NCBI GenBank assembly: GCA_047633195.1
Contig: JBLIEU010000004.1
Span: forward strand, 6,145 to 70,144
Direction of reading: 5' to 3'
Source of the DNA: Cryomorphaceae bacterium
Lineage (GTDB): Bacteria > Bacteroidota > Bacteroidia > Flavobacteriales_D > Cryomorphaceae
DNA length: 64,000 nt
Position numbers and translations under genes: made by a program. Under the pieces are notes generated by a model that saw only the letters and a list, made by a program, of their open reading frames with translations, was not told where the DNA came from and did no database searches. Positions 59,275-64,000 of this stretch are shown piece after piece; within the stretch, counting starts at the first letter, position 1; each line of letters begins with the position of its first letter.

Positions 59275-59549
59275 GCAGAGGCAATGATAATAATACTATT
59301 CGCAAAAAGAGCCTTGAATTGTGAATTCTATATTACTTATTGGGAAGCCCTATGTATTGATTTCGAACAGTCGTTCAACACGAACGAATTTGATTCTACT
59401 AACCTGGGATGAATGGCCTTCGCAAGATATTTACACTTTCGTCGTAGCTCAGAATTCTCAGTCTTCCCTATCGATCGAAGACTTATGACTTACCGCCCTT
59501 CAAGGGTTCCTCCTAGATCGCAGCCAGTAATGTCAGCGGTGATCTTTAT

Positions 59550-59696
59550 GGCTTTGTTTAAGATCAGACCAATGAAAGTAGTAAGGTCGAATCCAAGATG
59601 GGTCTAATAAACTACGATTTCAGTGTAGGGAGTGCGGGCGTTTGCACTTAATATTTCTAAAATCTGACGGTCGAGGTTATCGATCTGATAATTCAT
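59550..59696 (-). pseudogene. asnC: asnC remnant with an internal deletion and a stop
   Basis: MNYQIDNLDRQILEILSANARTPYTEIVVY* followed by LGFDLTTFIGLILNK, matching two separated segments of the intact AsnC. Confidence 0.85.
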
Positions 59697-59828
59697 CTAT
59701 TGCTATTTATTATCTAAATGTAGTATTCGAAATGAATAGGTGATGAAATAGGGATTATGTAAAAATACGTTTATTATGTAACGAATATTTCAATGAAAAG
59801 GTATAATCTATAAGTTATTCCTAATCCT

Positions 59829-59942
59829 TGTAGGGTGATGAAACCGGCAGATATGCCCTCCTGTTTCGAGGGAGGAGGTAAAGAATAAACCGGCCTTAGG
59901 CGGACTAACTGCTCCATGGAGGTTCGAATCCTTCTCCTACAG
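59829..59942 (+). ncRNA. tRNA-like RNA, GUU (Asn) anticodon, 45-nt variable arm (copy 2)
   Basis: Same acceptor and T arms as copy 1; D arm ATG/TAT; anticodon arm CCCTC-CTGTTTC-GAGGG. Confidence 0.8.
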
Positions 59943-59947
59943 CATGA

Positions 59948-59981
59948 AAAAAGGCGGCACCTAGTTAGGTGTCGCCTTTTT
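59948..59981 (+). terminator. Intrinsic terminator after tRNA-like copy 2
   Basis: AAAAAGGCGGCACCT-AGTT-AGGTGTCGCCTTTTT. Confidence 0.8.
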
Positions 59982-60091
59982 ACTTTAAGTAGATTTTTAG
60001 ATGATTCGGATTTAATTTAGGTTGTGTTCAGAAAAAATAGATGGTTGCGTTACACTCAGTGAAACCCTCTAATATGAATTTGATAAGGAAT

Positions 60092-60119
60092 AAAAAAGCC
60101 CGTTGTTTTCAACGGGCTT
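60092..60119 (-). terminator. Intrinsic terminator after the Cys-rich lipoprotein gene
   Basis: AAAAAAGCCCGTTG-TTTT-CAACGGGCTT, with the U tract on the minus strand. Confidence 0.75.
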
Positions 60120-60152
60120 AATACTTCTACTTATTCCAAAAATGGAGTTTTC

Positions 60153-61808
60153 TTACTCGTAAGTGCTGTATTGAATTTGGAATATAATGTTGGTGATTGG
60201 AATATTTTCTGTGTTCAGAGGATTGAATGCTTGCTTGACTCTTGTGAAGGTGATTTGTCCCTTGAGGTAGGCGTAGCCTTGAGGACTGACCTCATACTTG
60301 TAAAAGAGGCTAAACTCTGGGTCTGGGTCAAAATCTTCATAATCGTTGTCAGTTGATTGATAAGTTGCAGTACCAGCAAATGGGCCATCCAAGAAGCCTT
60401 CCGTAAGCTCGACTGTTGGGGGTTCTGTGAGTCCCAACTCAAAACCGACTACTTCTATAGGATCATCTCCGACCTCCACATTATTCGGAGCAGGAATATA
60501 AACTTTTAAAATCCTTTGGAAAGTACCGTTCGACGTTTCTACCTGCTGTATGCCCTGTATAACGCGATACGCATTTTCTGGAGTCGGAAACAGCCCTTGA
60601 GTAGGCGCTATCGTAAGTGCATCAGGGACAAAAAGGGTATCTGGGTCATTGGAATTTCCTGGTGCCACTGATCGGTTAAAGAAGAATTGATCGGTAAAAC
60701 CAGAACCGTCGATGTCCGCAACTAAGAATTGTTCGCAAGGTTTACAAGTTGGACCTCCGCAGTCAATTTCAAGTTCAAACAACTCTACATTCTGGATAAG
60801 GTCGTGACAAGAGATACACTGAGGACATGATCCATTATCGTATGGCGGTATAAAGTAATCAACGCAATCTATTTCAAACTCAGGGCCGTTTTGAATTCCA
60901 TCTGAGCAAGTGGCACAAGGAGGACAGTCGGTTGTAGGATCGTCGTCACAATCTACTCCAGTTTCATCACCATCTTGATAGCCATTACCACAAGCGGGTA
61001 CAGGATCACAAGGAGGGCAGCCGTTGTTATCAATTTCGTCACAGTCGATACCTGTTTCAGTGCCGTTTTGCAATCCATCGAAGCAAGTTGGGATAGGACA
61101 GTCAGGACAAGATGTTTGGAAATCGGCGTCGCAGTCAGGCCCAGTCTCCACCACTACTATATATCCCTGAGGATTCTGGGGTGTAGGATCGATGTACTCA
61201 ATGTGAATGTTTCGAATACCATCGTTACAGGTAGGAGTGGGGCAATCAGGACAACCGGGAGCTCCGCAATCGATACCCGTTTCTTGACCGTTCTGAAGAC
61301 CATCTCCGCAAGTGGGTGGAAAGCAAGTGGTAGAGCAATTCGTCCCTCCGCAGTCTACACCCTGTTCGTCACCGTTTTGGATACCGTCATTGCAAGTGGC
61401 TACGCAGAACGTATCGCAAGGAACACCGCAGTCAACTCCTTGCTCTAGAACCAACCTCCAAAGCACGCCTCCAGCCATTCCAACGCTATCGTCCGAATTA
61501 AAGTCGGCCATAGTTAGGTTTGGGTCAAATTTCCAATGGGCGTTTTGAATATTGTCTTCGCAAGTTGCACACGGAACGCAATCTTCGCCACCACAATCGA
61601 TAAATTGCTCGGTACCGTTAAGCACTCGATCGTCGCAAGTAGGCAAACAATCGGGACAAGGACCACCGCAATCGATGCCTACCTCACCTTGATTTTTCAC
61701 TTCGTCGAAGCAGGTAGGCTCAATTCTATTATCTTCATTTCTGCAAGAGCTTAATGCAAATGCCACAGAAGCAGCGATGAAGAGGAGTCTCAGTATTCTA
61801 AATTTCAT
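60153..61808 (-). CDS. Lipoprotein with 10 Cys-rich repeats (TC.DG.QNG.E.G.DC...C..C)
   Basis: Lipobox ALSSC; repeats visible in the translation; non-repetitive C-terminal domain. Confidence 0.8.
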   Translation of the reverse strand: MKFRILRLLFIAASVAFALSSCRNEDNRIEPTCFDEVKNQGEVGIDCGGPCPDCLPTCDDRVLNGTEQFIDCGGEDCVPCATCEDNIQNAHWKFDPNLTMADFNSDDSVGMAGGVLWRLVLEQGVDCGVPCDTFCVATCNDGIQNGDEQGVDCGGTNCSTTCFPPTCGDGLQNGQETGIDCGAPGCPDCPTPTCNDGIRNIHIEYIDPTPQNPQGYIVVVETGPDCDADFQTSCPDCPIPTCFDGLQNGTETGIDCDEIDNNGCPPCDPVPACGNGYQDGDETGVDCDDDPTTDCPPCATCSDGIQNGPEFEIDCVDYFIPPYDNGSCPQCISCHDLIQNVELFELEIDCGGPTCKPCEQFLVADIDGSGFTDQFFFNRSVAPGNSNDPDTLFVPDALTIAPTQGLFPTPENAYRVIQGIQQVETSNGTFQRILKVYIPAPNNVEVGDDPIEVVGFELGLTEPPTVELTEGFLDGPFAGTATYQSTDNDYEDFDPDPEFSLFYKYEVSPQGYAYLKGQITFTRVKQAFNPLNTENIPITNIIFQIQYSTYE

Positions 61809-61930
61809 CAGGTAAAGGTTGAAATGCGGTAATTTCCCGCAAATTAAGTATATTCTTCAGACGCTCAAATATAAGGAAAGTTGTTTCTGATTGCCTGTCT
61901 GCCCACATTTGTGAAAGATGAAAACCAAGA

Positions 61931-63688
61931 ATGGATCGATTGATAAATAGAGAAAGTGAATTGGACAGCAAGAGGTTTGCCTGGAAAAGGTTGAATGCTC
62001 CCAATCGTGAAAGAGTGAGAACGCTTCACACAAAGTTTCCCAGACTGCACCCTGTTTTAGCAGACTTGCTAATAGCCAGAGGCTTGAACTCAGGAGATGA
62101 GATAGGCGCGTATTTTTCTACTGACATTGGTGCCCTTCAGGGTGGAATCAAAATGAAGGACCTGGAAAAGGCTGCAGATCGATTGATTGTGGCTCTCCAA
62201 GAGAGCCAGAAAATTAGACTCTACGGGGACTATGATGTGGATGGCACCACCTCAGTGGCGATGATGAGCCTTTTCTTGGAAAATTTGGAGGCAGACTTTG
62301 GGCATTATATTCCCGACCGATATGGAGAGGGATATGGCGTGAGCGATAGGGGTATTGATGATGCAATCGCCCAGAAGGTAAATCTCTTTATTACCCTCGA
62401 CTGCGGTATTAGAGCGGTAGATAAGGTTGAAAGGCTTAAAGAATCGGGGATTGATACCATCATTTGCGACCACCATGAAGCTGGTGAAAAGGCGCCTCCT
62501 GCCTTTGCCATTTTAAATCACAAGCAAAAGGACTGTCCATACGAAGAGAAGATACTCTGCGGATGCGGTGTGGCACTTGCGCTTATTAAGGAAGTGGTTG
62601 AAAAACTGGAAATAGCAGACTTTGATTTCGATCGGTTCTATGAACTCGCGGCCATAGCTACCTGCAGTGATATTGTTCCGCTAAGAGGAGTGAATCGAGC
62701 AATTGTTGCCAAAGGACTTGAGGTCATCTCGAGAAACCCTGGATACGGCGTGTCCGCTTTGCTCGGAAATGCTGGGCACAACGGTGGTGCAGTTCAAGTA
62801 AGCGACATTGTCTTCAAGATCGCACCGCGCATTAATGCTGCTGGCAGAATGGACCACGCGGATATCGGCGTAAAGCTGCTCCTCGCTCATAGCGAGGAAG
62901 AGGCAAGTGATTTGGCTGAGAAAATAGAGAAGCTCAATATTTCCCGAAAGGAAAGAGACATTATAATAACCGAGGAGGCACTGGAGTTAATGCTTTCAGA
63001 AGACCAGAAGCTGGAGAATTCGTCTACCATTGTAGCTAAAAAATCTTGGCACAAAGGTTTGGTAGGTATTGTGGCATCGCGACTCATGGAGACCTGTTAT
63101 CGCCCTACCATTGTTCTTACCGAAAATGATGGGTGGCTAAGCGGCAGCGCTCGCAGTACTCCGAGTTTCAATCTTCACGAGGCACTCACGGCTTGTGATG
63201 AGCATTTGGAAAAGTATGGTGGCCATGCAGCGGCAGCGGGACTCACTCTTAAGAAAGAGAACTTTGATCGTTTTAAGTCAGACTTTGAGGCTTACGCTAA
63301 AAAAGTGCTCGGCTCCGAACGAAAGTATCCATCGATTGAAATTGCTTTGGAGGTAAACTTCGAAGATTGGCACAACGAGGATTATCAGGACTTTTATACT
63401 CAGCTAAATAGGTTCAGGCCCTTTGGTCCAGAAAATTTGCCACCCGTTTTTGCAACAGCTCATTGCCGCGCTCGAAACCTTAAAGTCTTGGGAGGGAAGC
63501 ACCTCAAATTTACCGTTCATCAAGATGGAAAAGACGAGCGAGAACTTCCCGTAATCGCATTTGGCTTCGCCGAAAAATTTGACCACTTGGCTTCAGGCGG
63601 CCCCTTTGAGCTGGCATACAGCATCGAAGAGAACGTATGGAAAAACCGAAGAACGCTTCAGCTTGTCGCGAAGGACATTAAGTCTTGA
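61931..63688 (+). CDS. recJ: Single-stranded-DNA-specific exonuclease
   Basis: YGDYDVDGTTS, PDRYGEGYG, TLDCG, CDHH, APRINAAGR, GIVASRL, GSARS, GGHAAAAG. Confidence 0.96.
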   Translation: MDRLINRESELDSKRFAWKRLNAPNRERVRTLHTKFPRLHPVLADLLIARGLNSGDEIGAYFSTDIGALQGGIKMKDLEKAADRLIVALQESQKIRLYGDYDVDGTTSVAMMSLFLENLEADFGHYIPDRYGEGYGVSDRGIDDAIAQKVNLFITLDCGIRAVDKVERLKESGIDTIICDHHEAGEKAPPAFAILNHKQKDCPYEEKILCGCGVALALIKEVVEKLEIADFDFDRFYELAAIATCSDIVPLRGVNRAIVAKGLEVISRNPGYGVSALLGNAGHNGGAVQVSDIVFKIAPRINAAGRMDHADIGVKLLLAHSEEEASDLAEKIEKLNISRKERDIIITEEALELMLSEDQKLENSSTIVAKKSWHKGLVGIVASRLMETCYRPTIVLTENDGWLSGSARSTPSFNLHEALTACDEHLEKYGGHAAAAGLTLKKENFDRFKSDFEAYAKKVLGSERKYPSIEIALEVNFEDWHNEDYQDFYTQLNRFRPFGPENLPPVFATAHCRARNLKVLGGKHLKFTVHQDGKDERELPVIAFGFAEKFDHLASGGPFELAYSIEENVWKNRRTLQLVAKDIKS

Positions 63689-64000
63689 ATGGATTGTTAT
63701 CAGGAGTGGTAATGAGGTGAAGATCCCGTTGAGGAAAAGGAATTTGAATCTTGTGTTTCCTGAATTCCCTGTCAATGTCAAAGCGGATTTCACTTTGCAA
63801 GGTTTCCACGACCCACGTCTTTTTTGCCCAAAAGAAAACGGTAAAGATTAGAGCGCTATCTCCAAAATTATCAAAGCGAACGATGATTTCTCTGTTTTTA
63901 CTCACGTCGGGATGACGAAGAGCACAATTGTAAAGGACGTCTTTAACCAGCGTCGTATCACTCCCATATTTTACGCCTACCTCTACATTGAATCGGGTTA
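63678..64000 (-). CDS. MscS family mechanosensitive channel, C-terminal part (5' end outside the window)
   Basis: RFNVEVGVKYGSD...VRFDNFGDSALIF...IQIPFPQRDLHL. Confidence 0.88.
   Translation of the reverse strand, partial: TRFNVEVGVKYGSDTTLVKDVLYNCALRHPDVSKNREIIVRFDNFGDSALIFTVFFWAKKTWVVETLQSEIRFDIDREFRKHKIQIPFPQRDLHLITTPDNNPFKT

Larger units (their letters stand above)
59615..59986. repeat. Duplicated unit copy 2
   Basis: Aligns by eye with 57869-58247. Confidence 0.9.

Noticed and set aside
59194-59607. Plus-strand ORFs 59194-59412 and 59413-59607
   Set aside because: They are antisense to the Bor leader and the asnC remnant, with no protein features.
58083-59942. Calling the two RNAs ordinary tRNA-Asp/Asn, tRNA-Sec or intron-containing tRNAs
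   Set aside because: They have U37 and 45-48 nt variable arms, no UCA anticodon and no extended acceptor stem. The insert is outside the anticodon loop and too short for a self-splicing intron.
57869-59986. Prophage or integrative element with att sites
   Set aside because: No integrase, transposase or phage structural genes, and the repeats are long and diverged.
60153-61808. CRISPR array or DNA tandem repeat
   Set aside because: The repetition is at protein level with degenerate codons. No CRISPR repeats or cas genes were seen in the window.
960-63851. Many short ORFs nested in or antisense to confident genes
   Set aside because: They are shadow ORFs without motifs or plausible expression signals.

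Overview
A 64 kb chromosomal window from a Bacteroidota bacterium, probably Flavobacteriales. This is inferred from TAnnTTTG-type -7 promoters, T9SS C-terminal domains, a MurF-Alr fusion and a single-chain GlyRS. 1-21.1 kb is a sulfated surface-polysaccharide locus: cysNDC, Wzx, Wzy, Wza, a Wzc-like protein, five PAPS-dependent sulfotransferases, two glycosyltransferases, an MBOAT/SGNH pair, an SLC13 transporter and cysQ. 21-57.9 kb is mostly housekeeping: S41 proteases, dCMP deaminase, tRNA-Leu, prs-rplY-pth, glyQS, nrdBA, hemACD, rnpA, murF-alr, tdk, rsmI, cysH and asnC. It also holds two T9SS cargo proteins and two palindromic intergenic elements. The most unusual region is 57.5-60 kb. It contains two 114-117 nt tRNA-like RNAs with Leu-type D arms, U37 and a 45-48 nt branched variable arm. 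One has a GUC (Asp) anticodon and the other GUU (Asn). Each lies divergent from an asnC gene (one intact, one decayed) and has its own terminator. Between them are two Bor-like lipoprotein genes that share a conserved 64-nt leader. The window ends with a Cys-rich repeat lipoprotein, recJ and a partial MscS. All calls come from reading motifs by eye; no database searches were run.
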